NCBI GenBank assembly: GCA_963708295.1
Contig: CAVPSJ010000015.1
Span: 271,529 to 335,528, forward strand
From: an uncultured delta proteobacterium
GTDB taxonomy: Bacteria > Desulfobacterota > BSN033 > UBA1163
Direction: 5' to 3'
Length of the DNA stretch: 64,000 nt
The notes under the pieces were generated by a model. That model had not been told where the DNA came from and ran no database searches. It saw nothing but the letters and a program-made list of their open reading frames with translations. A program made the position numbers and the translations under genes. Positions 19,881-29,876 of the stretch are shown piece after piece (within the stretch, counting starts at the first letter, position 1; every line of letters begins with the position of its first letter).

Positions 19881-21071
19881 TCATCCATCTCTCCATCTTA
19901 GGGCCTCCGACGAGATCAATTCTCGGCGCACTTGCCGACGTCGCTCCCTTGGAAAAGAAATCGTGATTGCCGTCCATTTCCCCGCTTCGCTTTCGACCCA
20001 GATCTTTCCTCCCTGCTCCTCCACCACTCTTTTTGCAAAGGTCAGTCCAAATCCCACTCGATCGGGTCGTGTAGAAAAAAAAGGATCAAAAATTCGACCG
20101 ATGTTCTCTTTTGCAATCCCTTCCCCATTATCAGAGATAGAGATCCCCACAGTTTCCTCATTCCCCAAAATGGTCACATTCAATCTCGCCCGCTCCTTCC
20201 CCACAGGTATCCGTGTTATTGCTTCCAGGCTGTTTTCAAAAATATGCGACAGAGCCTTGATCGCCAAACTCTTATCGATGAAGAAACTCCCTTCACCCTT
20301 TAAAGCTTCTGTGTCTAAGTTGACGCAGACCCCCTTCTCAGTTGCCATTTTGGAAATGGTCTGGAGCGCTGCGTCAACTACCTCCTGAATCTTCTCCCTT
20401 TGAAGAGTAGGCCTCGGAATCAGAATGTACTCCTCCACCCGCTGAATCATCGTCTCCAGTCTCCTCGTCTCTCGAACGACTTGATCAAGATAGAACTCGC
20501 GCTTTTCAGAGACTAAGTTTGGCTTGAGAAGACGCTGCGTAAATCCTCCGATAGAGACAATCGGGTTTCGAACCTGATGGGCAATTTCTTCCACAATTTT
20601 TCCGAGGCTTACCCAATGCTCCGCTTCCAATCTCTCCCTCTCCATTTTTTTCAACCGCTGAATTTCCTGTAAGGAAAAAGTTAAAAAAACCTCTCCCTCT
20701 TCCTCGAAAGAAGCGGTGGAGATGTAGACAAAGATTTTTGTCCCGTTCTTCTGTCTTAAAAGGGCTTCCCCTTCAAAGCCGTTTTTGTAAACGGTAAAAT
20801 AAACAATATTCGGAAGAAAATAGGTCAGATCGTCTTCCAGGAAGAGGACGCTCATCCGCTGCCCCTCAATCTCGCTCCTCGCATAACCGAAAACACGCTC
20901 AGTGAACAGGTTGCTGTACACAACCTTTAAGTGGGCATCGGTGATGATAAAGGCCACTTGAATCAAATCGAGGAGGTCGTGTCTGCTTTTTGTAATCTCA
21001 ACCCTCATTGATTCCATTCCAATTGATTTTGATAAACGATGGAACATCGACGTCTTTATCCTTTTTACCAT
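19881..21071 (-). CDS. PAS-domain sensor histidine kinase (start may be 21008/21017)
   Basis: PAS fold, H-box IAHQVRNP, N-box ENSLEAI, DNGEGI, FDPFFST, GFGL. Confidence 0.92.
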   Translation of the reverse strand: MVKRIKTSMFHRLSKSIGMESMRVEITKSRHDLLDLIQVAFIITDAHLKVVYSNLFTERVFGYARSEIEGQRMSVLFLEDDLTYFLPNIVYFTVYKNGFEGEALLRQKNGTKIFVYISTASFEEEGEVFLTFSLQEIQRLKKMERERLEAEHWVSLGKIVEEIAHQVRNPIVSIGGFTQRLLKPNLVSEKREFYLDQVVRETRRLETMIQRVEEYILIPRPTLQREKIQEVVDAALQTISKMATEKGVCVNLDTEALKGEGSFFIDKSLAIKALSHIFENSLEAITRIPVGKERARLNVTILGNEETVGISISDNGEGIAKENIGRIFDPFFSTRPDRVGFGLTFAKRVVEEQGGKIWVESEAGKWTAITISFPRERRRQVRRELISSEALRWRDG

Positions 21072-21458
21072 AGGTTTGGGTTTATCGGGAACTAAAAAAA
21101 ACCTCTTGGAGGCTTCCTACTGGAACCTTCTGAAAATCCAATGTGACAACCCGCTCCAAACGGTTGAGGTTGGATTGAGATGGTTGGCTCCTGGAAACGA
21201 TATGTCTTTTTCTTGAAAAGAGCCTAAAAATCAAATGAGACAAGTCGATGAGGATGATAAGGGCAGGAGGCATCCCATGCGGCATATTATTTTCCATACT
21301 TCATCAGCCTTTATCGTGTTGATTTCCGTTTGAAAGTTCCTCCTCCCCGACAGCCAGATATCTTTCAACGATCTGTACCTTCCGAAAGGTTTGGGTTTGA
21401 AAGACCTATCAAAACTTTGAATCAGAGGATAATGACCACCTATCGATTACCAATAAAC

Positions 21459-21492
21459 AAAAAAGGCAGGACCATCTTCGATCCTGCCTTTT
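21459..21492 (-). terminator. Rho-independent terminator of PEP-CTERM gene
   Basis: AAAAGGCAGGA / TCCTGCCTTTT stem with U-tract on the minus strand. Confidence 0.75.
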
Positions 21493-21514
21493 CCTCCTCG
21501 AATCTGGGATTGAT

Positions 21515-22165
21515 TCACATTTTGAAGAACCTCTTCCTCCCGTACCCTGCAAGGCCGATTAACCCGGAGCCAAGAAGGAACAGAGTGGCGGGTTCGGGAA
21601 CCGGCATATTGCTGATATCACCACTCAGAAGTTCGCTACTTCTGAAAGCTCCAGGTGGCGAACCTGATGCAAGAAAGCTTATATTAAAGTTTCCCGAATA
21701 AGTCATATTGGGTAGTCCAAAATAGGCAAGCAATTCCGGATCCTTGGTATCGAAGAAACCTGGGATTGCAACTTTATAAGTAGGACCGACAGCAGCGACT
21801 TGCATACTCGTGAAACTCCCGGTAAGCAGAGTTGTAGATCCGTCTGAAATAGTAATCGATCCACCAGGACCAAAATACCAATGGGATGAATCAGTCGTTA
21901 CTAAATTGCCTGTATGAAAGTTTAAGAAGTAACCAACAAGAGGCTTTGGCACACCACTGTTAAGTGGGGTTCCAATGCCGGTCACGTTATCGACGTCAAT
22001 GCCGGTCCCATAAAGCGGGGTAATCCCACCCGTGTAGTACACAGATCCCCCTGTCGGAGCAATGACGCCAAAATCAATTATGCCGTCGGCCATGACCGGT
22101 GATGGAGTGAAGCTTAACCCCAATGCCAGAATCAATCCTGCTGCTACGATTAAAACTTTCTTCAT
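21515..22165 (-). CDS. PEP-CTERM sorting-domain surface protein
   Basis: Signal peptide, Gly/Thr/Ser-rich body, C-terminal VPEPATLFLLGSGLIGLAGYGRKRF. Confidence 0.95.
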   Translation of the reverse strand: MKKVLIVAAGLILALGLSFTPSPVMADGIIDFGVIAPTGGSVYYTGGITPLYGTGIDVDNVTGIGTPLNSGVPKPLVGYFLNFHTGNLVTTDSSHWYFGPGGSITISDGSTTLLTGSFTSMQVAAVGPTYKVAIPGFFDTKDPELLAYFGLPNMTYSGNFNISFLASGSPPGAFRSSELLSGDISNMPVPEPATLFLLGSGLIGLAGYGRKRFFKM

Positions 22166-22311
22166 TTTCTATCCCTCCCTCAAAGTTGTTTCTTGTCTTA
22201 GCCGGCAAATCTTGAAATGTTGAGAAACAAGAATGATTCAGATTTTCTGTTTATCGACTCCTTTTTCCCTGAACTTAAGCCAAAATGAAAATGCCGATCT
22301 ACTAAGGATTT

Positions 22312-22396
22312 AGCCTTCGGCAGTTCGGCCATTTTCTTGGAAAAAACATCACTTTCCGTCCCCCCACTCAGGAAAGGCTTGGTTCTGCGGGAAGCA
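22312..22396 (-). promoter_or_regulatory. GEMM-I (c-di-GMP-I / c-AMP-GMP) riboswitch, divergent
   Basis: Minus strand AGAACCAAGCC...GGGACGGAAAGT...GGCCGAACTGCCGAA, in the leader of the PEP-CTERM gene. Confidence 0.6.
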
Positions 22397-22425
22397 TCTG
22401 GATACTTCATTCCTTAGCATTAATC

Positions 22426-22442
22426 AGCAATATTAATGCCAA
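22426..22442 (-). promoter_or_regulatory. sigma54 (-24/-12) promoter
   Basis: TTGGCA-TTAATA-TTGCT (GG-N10-GC). IHF-like site TATCAGCCATTTA at 22459-22471. Confidence 0.75.
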
Positions 22443-22763
22443 ATGCTAAAAGTTGCTGTAAATGGCTGATAACTTGAGACAATTCTTAACAACTGGATAT
22501 TTAGAGAAAATGCGAAAATGGAAGATTTTTTCCTAAAGATCCCGAATCATTTCGTCAAAAGGATGAAAAAGGGTGAAAGGCGGTGAAAAACTTCGCTCAC
22601 CTCTTTTTCAGGTCGATTTTGAATTGAAATTCATCGATTCGAGGCAAAATCGGCGAAGTACCCTTAGAGGAAGTTATCCACGCGCTTCTCCAATGCCTGT
22701 CAGCGATGGGTTTGAATAAGAGGGAAGGATAAAAAGATGGGCGATGCGGAGAACGCAAGAGGA

Positions 22764-23948
22764 TCAGGAAGGCGCGGGTTTTGAAAGTGAAGAAGCCACT
22801 TTCTTGTCTCTCACAAGAAACTGAAAATAGATGAGACTGAAGGTGCCGACGAGAGATAAGCAAACGAACATCATCGGATAGCTGGTGACTTGGATGACCA
22901 TGCCCATGACCGCCGGTCCCATGAATATCCCCAGGTCCGTCATTCCGGTCAGCGTCCCCATCGCTAAACTTCGGGAGGAACCCACACGATCAAGAATATA
23001 AACCACCAACGCAGGGTAGAAAAAGGCGTGCCCAATTCCCCAAATCAACCCGGCGAGAACAAACATGGAAAGCGTTTTAGAAAAAGCGATGATGATCGTG
23101 GAAACAATGAGAATGATAAGGCAAGGAAGGATGATTTTTTCGCTGCTGTAGAGATCCGAAACCCTGGCGCCCAAGACGCGGCTCAAAATAATCATGATGG
23201 CGATCATGGTGAAAAACAGTCCGGGATTGATCCCGCCCTGTCGGATGGCATAGAGAGGGAAGAAGGTGGTTATTGCTCCCCAGATAAAAAAGAAGAAGAA
23301 ACCCATCGTAGACGCCGGGAGCGCTTCCCGGCTGATCAAGAACCTGCTTGCGATGGAAGAGTCCTCCATCGGGGCGACTTGCCTACTTTTCAATTTGATA
23401 AGAATAAAGAAAGAGCCCAAGGATAGACCCAGGCAGACCAGGAAGAGCATGGTGAAGTCGAAGCGGTTGATCAGAAACATTCCGAGGGACGGACCCAGCG
23501 CCAGGGAGATATTCAGGGCCAGGAGAAAGTAGCTGAGGCTCTGTCCGCGGTGAGCTTCGGGGCTGATATTCGCAATCAATGTAAAGGAGGCGGTGTAGAA
23601 GAAGGCGTATCCAACTCCTTGAAAGACCCTGACCAAGAAGAAAGGCCAAAAGGGGAGGGCGACGAAGTAGCCGATGGAACCCAACCCGAAGAGGAGGGCA
23701 CCGGTGATCATCATTTTTTTCTCGGGGGTTCGCAAGAGAATTTTACCCGTCAAAGGTCTGAGGACGAGTGAAGAAACGGTGAAGACTCCGATCAGAACCC
23801 CGATCTCCGTTTCCCTGGATCCCAATCTTGAAAGGTAGATCGGGAGGGTGGGAATGAGGATATGGTTTGCCAAGGTGAAGGTGAACTGGGCAAAGAATGC
23901 AAGGATGAAATCGCGAGTGAGTATCTTCCGGATCGCTTCTGTTCTCAT
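22764..23948 (-). CDS. MFS transporter
   Basis: About 12 hydrophobic helices, LRPLTG, RVFQGVG, HRGQSLS, GPSLG. Confidence 0.9.
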   Translation of the reverse strand: MRTEAIRKILTRDFILAFFAQFTFTLANHILIPTLPIYLSRLGSRETEIGVLIGVFTVSSLVLRPLTGKILLRTPEKKMMITGALLFGLGSIGYFVALPFWPFFLVRVFQGVGYAFFYTASFTLIANISPEAHRGQSLSYFLLALNISLALGPSLGMFLINRFDFTMLFLVCLGLSLGSFFILIKLKSRQVAPMEDSSIASRFLISREALPASTMGFFFFFIWGAITTFFPLYAIRQGGINPGLFFTMIAIMIILSRVLGARVSDLYSSEKIILPCLIILIVSTIIIAFSKTLSMFVLAGLIWGIGHAFFYPALVVYILDRVGSSRSLAMGTLTGMTDLGIFMGPAVMGMVIQVTSYPMMFVCLSLVGTFSLIYFQFLVRDKKVASSLSKPAPS

Positions 23949-24206
23949 CTCTTATTTTTTCCGTATGACCAACATACAGTATTCTATTTTGTGATGAATT
24001 TTTCAACCGCCCTATCTTCTCTTGCTAAAGCCTCTCCCAGGAATCTCCAGGCGGGGGCTTATAAATAAATGGGGAAGGACAAGGTTCAGGAACCTCTTGA
24101 CAGTGGGCACGTATGAATGTACGTTAGCGATGGAGCAAGTGGGTTTCACAACGGTCCTGTTGCCGCACCTCAGGGCATTAACCATGGATTCAAAGGGGAG
24201 GGGCTT

Positions 24207-24482
24207 ATGGAAAACGAAGAGACTTACCAAAGAGCGAGAAGGCGCGTGGAGGCCAAAATCGGATTTTACATCCATCTGGCTGTCTATGTCGGAGTCAACA
24301 TTTTGCTGATCGTCATTAACCTCCTCACCGCTCCTCAATATCTCTGGTTTAAATGGCCTCTGATGGGCTGGGGGATTGGAGTTTTCTTCCACGGGATGTC
24401 CACCTTCTTTTTCACCGGAAAGAAATTCAAAGAGCTCAAGGACAGGATGATCGAAGAGGAGGTCAAAAAAGAATCCCGCTGA
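24207..24482 (+). CDS. 2TM-domain protein
   Basis: YQRARRRVEAKIGFYIHLAVYVGVN...WPLMGWGIGVFFH. Promoter TTGACA-17-TACGTT upstream. Confidence 0.85.
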   Translation: MENEETYQRARRRVEAKIGFYIHLAVYVGVNILLIVINLLTAPQYLWFKWPLMGWGIGVFFHGMSTFFFTGKKFKELKDRMIEEEVKKESR

Positions 24483-24616
24483 AGAGGAAACCTCTCGCAC
24501 GGAGACGGGGAAGATCGATGGTTCGGAGCTCATCGAGTCGGGCCCTGGGATCAGCGGGAAACTTTATCGGCTTCTCCAGGAAAGGTTTTACGGGGAAGGG
24601 TAGCCATCTTCCCTTT

Positions 24617-25930
24617 TCAGGGAATCAGACTCAGATCCCCGGTGAAGGCAGCTTCCAGCACCGGCTTCATCAGCCGATCCAGATCTCCCTTTTCAGCATC
24701 CATGGGGGTTGGCATATTCTGTAATTTCATCTTTAGCTGCGGATTCCTCGCCGCAGCAAGCATTCGATCGAGATGCTCCCGGGTTGCTCCCGCCTCTCTC
24801 AAGGTCGTTGGAAAATTCAAATCCCTGGCAAAGGAAATCATCCCATTGGCCACAGCCAATCCAAGGGGTCTCCCGCTCAAATTCCAGATTTCCTCTTTGA
24901 TGTAGCCCGCCTCCTTGAAGATCGCTCCAATCAGATGGAGAGGGTCCTGAATGACCGGGGCGAAGAGGACGGTGTAGTAGGGATTGAGCAGAGCGCACGC
25001 CCTCCCATGGCTGAGGATATCGATCAGCGAGAAGCTGCCCAGATGCGGTCCTCCTGTCCCCCCAAGCATGATCGCATATCCACCCAGATCCGTCCCGAGT
25101 CCGAGGCAAATTCTTCCCTCCAGATCTCTTCTGTCTTTCTTGACTCTCTGAAGTCCATAGACGACCAGCCGGGTGCACAATGCAGCGACCTCTTTCATTT
25201 TCTCATAGGCCGCACCTTTCGTTCCGATCAAAACCTCCCAGGCGTGGGCGATTCCGTCCAAACCTCCATCCAGCGTGAGGCTCATCGGCGCGTCGAGCGT
25301 TACGGTGTAATCAAAGACAGAAGCAGGAGGAAGGATCGCCTCATCGACGATCAGTTTCTTCTGATTTGTGGCCGGATCGGTAATATTAGAATATTTCGTA
25401 AGATGGGCTCCGGAACTCGCAGCGGTTTGCACCGGAATGACGGGCAAGACCGGTCTCCCTGTCCTCTCCCTCATCTTCGTAACCAGCCCTGTTCCAAAGT
25501 AGGGCTCGATGGAATCAGCCTCCCCCGGGGAGGTTCCGAGAATCTCGATCACTTCAGACGGGGAATAGGTATTGAGAACAGCTGCAGACTTTGCGGCATC
25601 GATCGTACTCCCTCCCCCCAGGGCTACGATCATGTCCGACCTGGACCGGGCAAACTGAAGGCCGATCCGGTACACATCCTCCCGGGGTGCATTGGGTCCT
25701 GCCCCCTTGGCCGTTTCAAAAACGATGCGGTTAGCCTTCAGGCTTGTTTTTACCCTCTCAAAAGGCCTCTCGATCCACGGCTGCCCTAGCTCCGTGACGA
25801 CAAGGAGGGCTTTTTTCCCCTGTTCCCTGGCGTAGTCTCCGGTCGCCTCGAGGACATTCTCTCCGAATGCATAGGATTTACCCTTCCAGTCTTTCAACAC
25901 TTTCTTGGCTCGATCCATGTATTCTTTCAT
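24617..25930 (-). CDS. Iron-containing alcohol dehydrogenase family
   Basis: ALGGGSTIDAAK, TAASSGAH, GLDGIAHAWE, GGPHL, SHGRAC. Confidence 0.88.
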   Translation of the reverse strand: MKEYMDRAKKVLKDWKGKSYAFGENVLEATGDYAREQGKKALLVVTELGQPWIERPFERVKTSLKANRIVFETAKGAGPNAPREDVYRIGLQFARSRSDMIVALGGGSTIDAAKSAAVLNTYSPSEVIEILGTSPGEADSIEPYFGTGLVTKMRERTGRPVLPVIPVQTAASSGAHLTKYSNITDPATNQKKLIVDEAILPPASVFDYTVTLDAPMSLTLDGGLDGIAHAWEVLIGTKGAAYEKMKEVAALCTRLVVYGLQRVKKDRRDLEGRICLGLGTDLGGYAIMLGGTGGPHLGSFSLIDILSHGRACALLNPYYTVLFAPVIQDPLHLIGAIFKEAGYIKEEIWNLSGRPLGLAVANGMISFARDLNFPTTLREAGATREHLDRMLAAARNPQLKMKLQNMPTPMDAEKGDLDRLMKPVLEAAFTGDLSLIP

Positions 25931-25979
25931 TGTCAACCTCCCGAACCGCACGGCAGGACGATTCTCATCAATACTGTCA

Positions 25980-27476
25980 TCAATACTGAAGGTTCACCGT
26001 GATGCACTTGCGCTGCGTATAGCTGTCGAGCATCCCTTCCAGGGAGTATTCTCGACCGATTCCGCTCTGTTTGAAGCCCCCGTAGGAAGTTCCGGGTAGG
26101 ATTCCTAAGCCCTGGTTCACCTGGACCCATCCCGACTCGATGGCGTGGGCTGTCCGGAGGGCCTTTCCAATATCGTGAGAATAAACAAAAGCGGCCAATC
26201 CATAGTGGCTATCGTTGGCCATCCGGATCGCTTCCTCTTCTTTCTCCCAGGGAATGGCCACAAGCACCGGACCGAAAACTTCCTCCCTTGCGATTCGCCA
26301 TTCATTCTTAATGTGGCTAAATATCGTAGGTTTCATGAAATAGCCTTGCGCGAGAGGACCTTCTTTCGGGGGGAGGCCACCGGTCACCAATCGGCTTCCT
26401 TTCTGTTCGAGTCCGTCTTGGACATAGGCACACACCTTTTCGAATTGAATCCGGTTGATGATCGCTCCGATATCGGTTGCCTCATCGAGAGGATCTCCGA
26501 TCTTGAGCGATCCGAGTTTCTTCACCAATTGATCCACAAAAGAATCGAAGATAGACGCATGGAGGAAGAGGCGCGAACCGGCGGTACAGGATTGTCCCTG
26601 CCGTGTAAAGCGCATTCCGTTGATGACACTCTGCACCACGTGCTCGTCGCTGGCGTCAGGAAAGACAATCTGCGGGCTTTTCCCGCCCAATTCCAAAGTG
26701 ACGGGCACAATCCGTTCTGCCGCCGCGGCCATGATGCTCTTTCCCACTTCCGAGGAGCCTGTCAACGACAATTTTCCTACGCCCGGGTGTCGGGCCAGGA
26801 TCGCTCCACATTCACTTCCGGTCCCGGTGATTACATTCAGGACACCCTTCGGAAGGTGGGCATTGCAGAGGGCTGCCATTTTCAAAACAGCCAAGGGCGC
26901 ATCGGAAGCCGGCTTCAGGACCAGCGCATTCCCCACGGTCAGGGCCATCGTAATTTTCAGTGCTCCCAGAAGGACCGGTGAGTTCCAGGGGATGATCCCT
27001 GCCACCACGCCGATCGGCTCTCGCCTGCTGTAACACAAAACCTGCTCACCCAGCGGAACGGTTTCACCCTTTTGCTCGCTCGCCACGCCACCATAGAATC
27101 GAAACAGGTCCGCGGCAAGGGCGACCTCGCCCCGGGATTGAGTGCGAAGGGCATTGCCGGTCTCAAGGGAAAGGGTCTTGGCGATATCTTCGGATCGTGC
27201 CTCGATGTCCGCTGCGATTTTCAACATCCCTTTTCCACGATCCCTGGGGGCCATTCGCTTCCAGCTCTCAAAGGCCTTGGCCGCTGCCTTCACCGCGCGA
27301 TCGACATCGACTTCCGTTGACCTGGGAACCTCCGCGATGACGGTTCCTCTCCTGGCCGGGGTCTCCACGGGAAGAAACCGTCCGCCTGAACTCGCCGTCC
27401 ACTCGCCATCGATCAACATCAACGGTCGTTCGATGTCTTCTTTCGGTTGTTTCTTACTCTCTCCGGTCGTTTCCAT
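25980..27476 (-). CDS. Aldehyde dehydrogenase family
   Basis: IIPWNSP, LTGSSEVG, LELGGKSP, GQSCTAGSR, EEVFGPV, GGFKQSGIGRE. Confidence 0.95.
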   Translation of the reverse strand: METTGESKKQPKEDIERPLMLIDGEWTASSGGRFLPVETPARRGTVIAEVPRSTEVDVDRAVKAAAKAFESWKRMAPRDRGKGMLKIAADIEARSEDIAKTLSLETGNALRTQSRGEVALAADLFRFYGGVASEQKGETVPLGEQVLCYSRREPIGVVAGIIPWNSPVLLGALKITMALTVGNALVLKPASDAPLAVLKMAALCNAHLPKGVLNVITGTGSECGAILARHPGVGKLSLTGSSEVGKSIMAAAAERIVPVTLELGGKSPQIVFPDASDEHVVQSVINGMRFTRQGQSCTAGSRLFLHASIFDSFVDQLVKKLGSLKIGDPLDEATDIGAIINRIQFEKVCAYVQDGLEQKGSRLVTGGLPPKEGPLAQGYFMKPTIFSHIKNEWRIAREEVFGPVLVAIPWEKEEEAIRMANDSHYGLAAFVYSHDIGKALRTAHAIESGWVQVNQGLGILPGTSYGGFKQSGIGREYSLEGMLDSYTQRKCITVNLQY

Positions 27477-27703
27477 GAGCAGACCCTCCTCGGAATCACC
27501 CTTCCCTCTCAAATAGTTTTATTCTCACACGATCAAGATTGAGTTTCAATAAGATTTTTGAAGAGAGTTGCTTTAGGACGAGGATGACGAGCTGGTCCGT
27601 AATTGAGTAGACGGTTGATTAACCCACCCCCACCCCCTGAACCATGTAAGGTTCAGGGCATTGTCCTGCACCCCGCGTGGTGCAGGGCTTTCCCTCCCCC
27701 TGG

Positions 27704-27933
27704 GAGACTGTGTCACAATGGAACGTCTGAGGGGAGAGGCAGTCGGCTTCCAAAGCTTTAGAACGCGGGTCTTTTAGGAATGGGGAACCGTCGTTGGCTA
27801 AAAATCGGAATGTGTTCATAGGGTTGGCGACCCTGAATCCAAACGGTTATAAAGGTTGCCGCTCTAAATCTTCTCCACCCGACCGCCTCTCCCCTTTTTT
27901 GAAAAGCGTTTTTTCATATTGCGACACAGCCTC
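27704..27933. mobile_element. 230-bp MITE with 16-bp TIRs and TGG target duplication
   Basis: GAGACTGTGTCACAAT versus reverse complement GAGGCTGTGTCGCAAT (14/16). TGG at 27701-27703 and 27934-27936. Confidence 0.7.
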
Positions 27934-28210
27934 TGGAGGGGAGGGAAAGAATGATCTTCGTCTCCCTGGGGGGGGGGATTATATTCTTCCTCCACCTTCA
28001 AGGGGGAGGTCAGGGAGGGGATGGGGTTCCGTTAGTGATAGAAATCATAATGGCGCGCTTTTCTTCCGAGGCGATGCGCCCCGTTTCGGTGAGGAAACAA
28101 AAAACCCCTGGCGGAAGTGTCGAAGGGAAAATGCCCAGGGGAGTTGCAGTTGCGGGAGGGATACTACAGGGGAAACAATGTGGCGGGAAAGAAACTAACA
28201 AAGTCCTGGT

Positions 28211-28393
28211 TCATTCGTCAGTATCCTCCTTTTTCTCGTAGAATGACTTGATGCCCAGACTACCCACGCCCGTCATAATCTTTTTCTTTCCATCCTGCGA
28301 TTCGAGTACAACCATGTTGTTCACGACCTTCTTGACCGTATACTTAGCCCCGTCCAAAGTACTTTTAAATATGTCTCCCTCCTTTGCTTCCAC
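28211..28393 (-). CDS. Small hypothetical protein (60 aa)
   Basis: GTG start with purine-rich SD, own promoter TTGACA-17-TAGTGT, downstream CCCCTGG/CCAGGGG-U6 hairpin (28099-28141). Confidence 0.65.
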   Translation of the reverse strand: MEAKEGDIFKSTLDGAKYTVKKVVNNMVVLESQDGKKKIMTGVGSLGIKSFYEKKEDTDE

Positions 28394-28556
28394 GGCGGCT
28401 TCTCCCTTCCCCTTCCCGCCACGATTCTTACACTACTCCGAACCCACATTTGTGTCAAGAACTATTTAGGGTTTGCTCATCCCCAGTTTTTCCCTCGCCC
28501 GCGACCGGGTGAATCCCCTCCCGGGTATCCGGCAAGCGCTTTGTAACCCTTTGACA

Positions 28557-29417
28557 TCATGCCTTAATCCATTGCGGCGGATGCAGGCGGCCTTGAGTGA
28601 CATCCCGCATTTTAACGCCGCTGATGGCTTCGTAAATCATGCCATTTAAGCCATAAATCCAGACGTCAAACGTGAGCGATTCCTGATCGACCTTCACCGG
28701 CACGACCCGGCCAAGATACCTGCCTCCTTTCTTTGTCTTTTGATAAATAAATCTCTTTTCAAAACCTGTGGGAAAGGCGACCCTGTCGCTGAAGCGTTGT
28801 CCCCAGACGCAAGCTGCGTGCATGGCCGCGTCCAGAGGAAATGGCGAACCAAGCAAATTTTCATCGGCTTCATCATTCCCGCCGGAAAGATAAGCCAGAG
28901 CGCCCTCGGGTGAAACTGCCAAATCGTCGATGATGTTTTGATAAGCTGCTCCGAAAGGTACCAGCTCACGATAAATGGTTGCCGCAGGCACGCGGATGCA
29001 TTTTCCCTCCAGCTTCTCCAAAACCCGGAAAGGAGCTACAGGGCGGAAAGCGGAATCGTCAGTTGCGAATTCCACACAGGCATGCTCGAGGACGCGGCAG
29101 ATGGCGCTTGTTTTTGATTTTAGCGACGTCAAGAGCGCGGCGGTCATACGATGCCCACCGGCATACTCTATCTCCACGGATACGGCCAAATGCTGTGTTT
29201 CCGGCGGAACAAACAAAAAGTGGTGGAAGCTGGCCTTTGACAGACGGTTCATCCTCATCTGCGGGAAATGAAGGTTAACCACACGAGCCAGAGCGATTAA
29301 AGCTTCCACCGCGGGCAGAATCACTTTTCCTTCGAACCGGTGATCGCGCAAATAGGGAGATACCTCAATGACCGAAGGATAGCGGGTTTTCCTGTTTATT
29401 TGGGGAACGATGTCCAT
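28557..29417 (-). CDS. Free-standing polyketide-synthase-type (double hotdog) dehydratase
   Basis: LRDHRFEGKVILPAV (HxxxGxxxxP), FGAAYQ, PFPLDAAMH (DxxxH/Q). Confidence 0.8.
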   Translation of the reverse strand: MDIVPQINRKTRYPSVIEVSPYLRDHRFEGKVILPAVEALIALARVVNLHFPQMRMNRLSKASFHHFLFVPPETQHLAVSVEIEYAGGHRMTAALLTSLKSKTSAICRVLEHACVEFATDDSAFRPVAPFRVLEKLEGKCIRVPAATIYRELVPFGAAYQNIIDDLAVSPEGALAYLSGGNDEADENLLGSPFPLDAAMHAACVWGQRFSDRVAFPTGFEKRFIYQKTKKGGRYLGRVVPVKVDQESLTFDVWIYGLNGMIYEAISGVKMRDVTQGRLHPPQWIKA

Positions 29418-29875
29418 AGCTGAACCGTCTTAGGATCCACGGCCACGGGTGTGCCCGCCAAATTCAAGGCGCAGTGTTTGGTAAAGCCGGTACAGATCAG
29501 ATGTCCCTTCTCCGCGTGTGTGATGACGTAGTCGAACTGCAAACGGACCCGCTCCAGATTTACCGGACGCGTGTGAATATACATCAAATCATCGTAGTAC
29601 AAAGGCTGATTAAAACTGATGCCCAAATCGAAGATCGGATAAACGTAGCCGCTGGCCTCGATCTCTTTGTAGGGGTAAGCCAGGTCCCGCATCAACGAGG
29701 TACGGCCGAATTCAAAATAACGCAGGTAATTGGAATGATAAACCACTTCCGAGCGATCGGTATCGGCGTAGAGCGTCCTCTGTTGAGAACGATGCCAGAT
29801 AAAGCCGCTGGTGCGGTCGCGGACATATCTTTCATCGTTATGATAAATTTCCGGTTTAAACGGCTTGGGCTTCAT
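29396..29875 (-). CDS. Acyl-CoA/ACP thioesterase (YbgC/4HBT hotdog family)
   Basis: YADTDRSEVVYHSNYLRYFEFGRT, PLYYDD. Confidence 0.88.
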   Translation of the reverse strand: MKPKPFKPEIYHNDERYVRDRTSGFIWHRSQQRTLYADTDRSEVVYHSNYLRYFEFGRTSLMRDLAYPYKEIEASGYVYPIFDLGISFNQPLYYDDLMYIHTRPVNLERVRLQFDYVITHAEKGHLICTGFTKHCALNLAGTPVAVDPKTVQLWTSFPK

Positions 29876-29876
29876 T

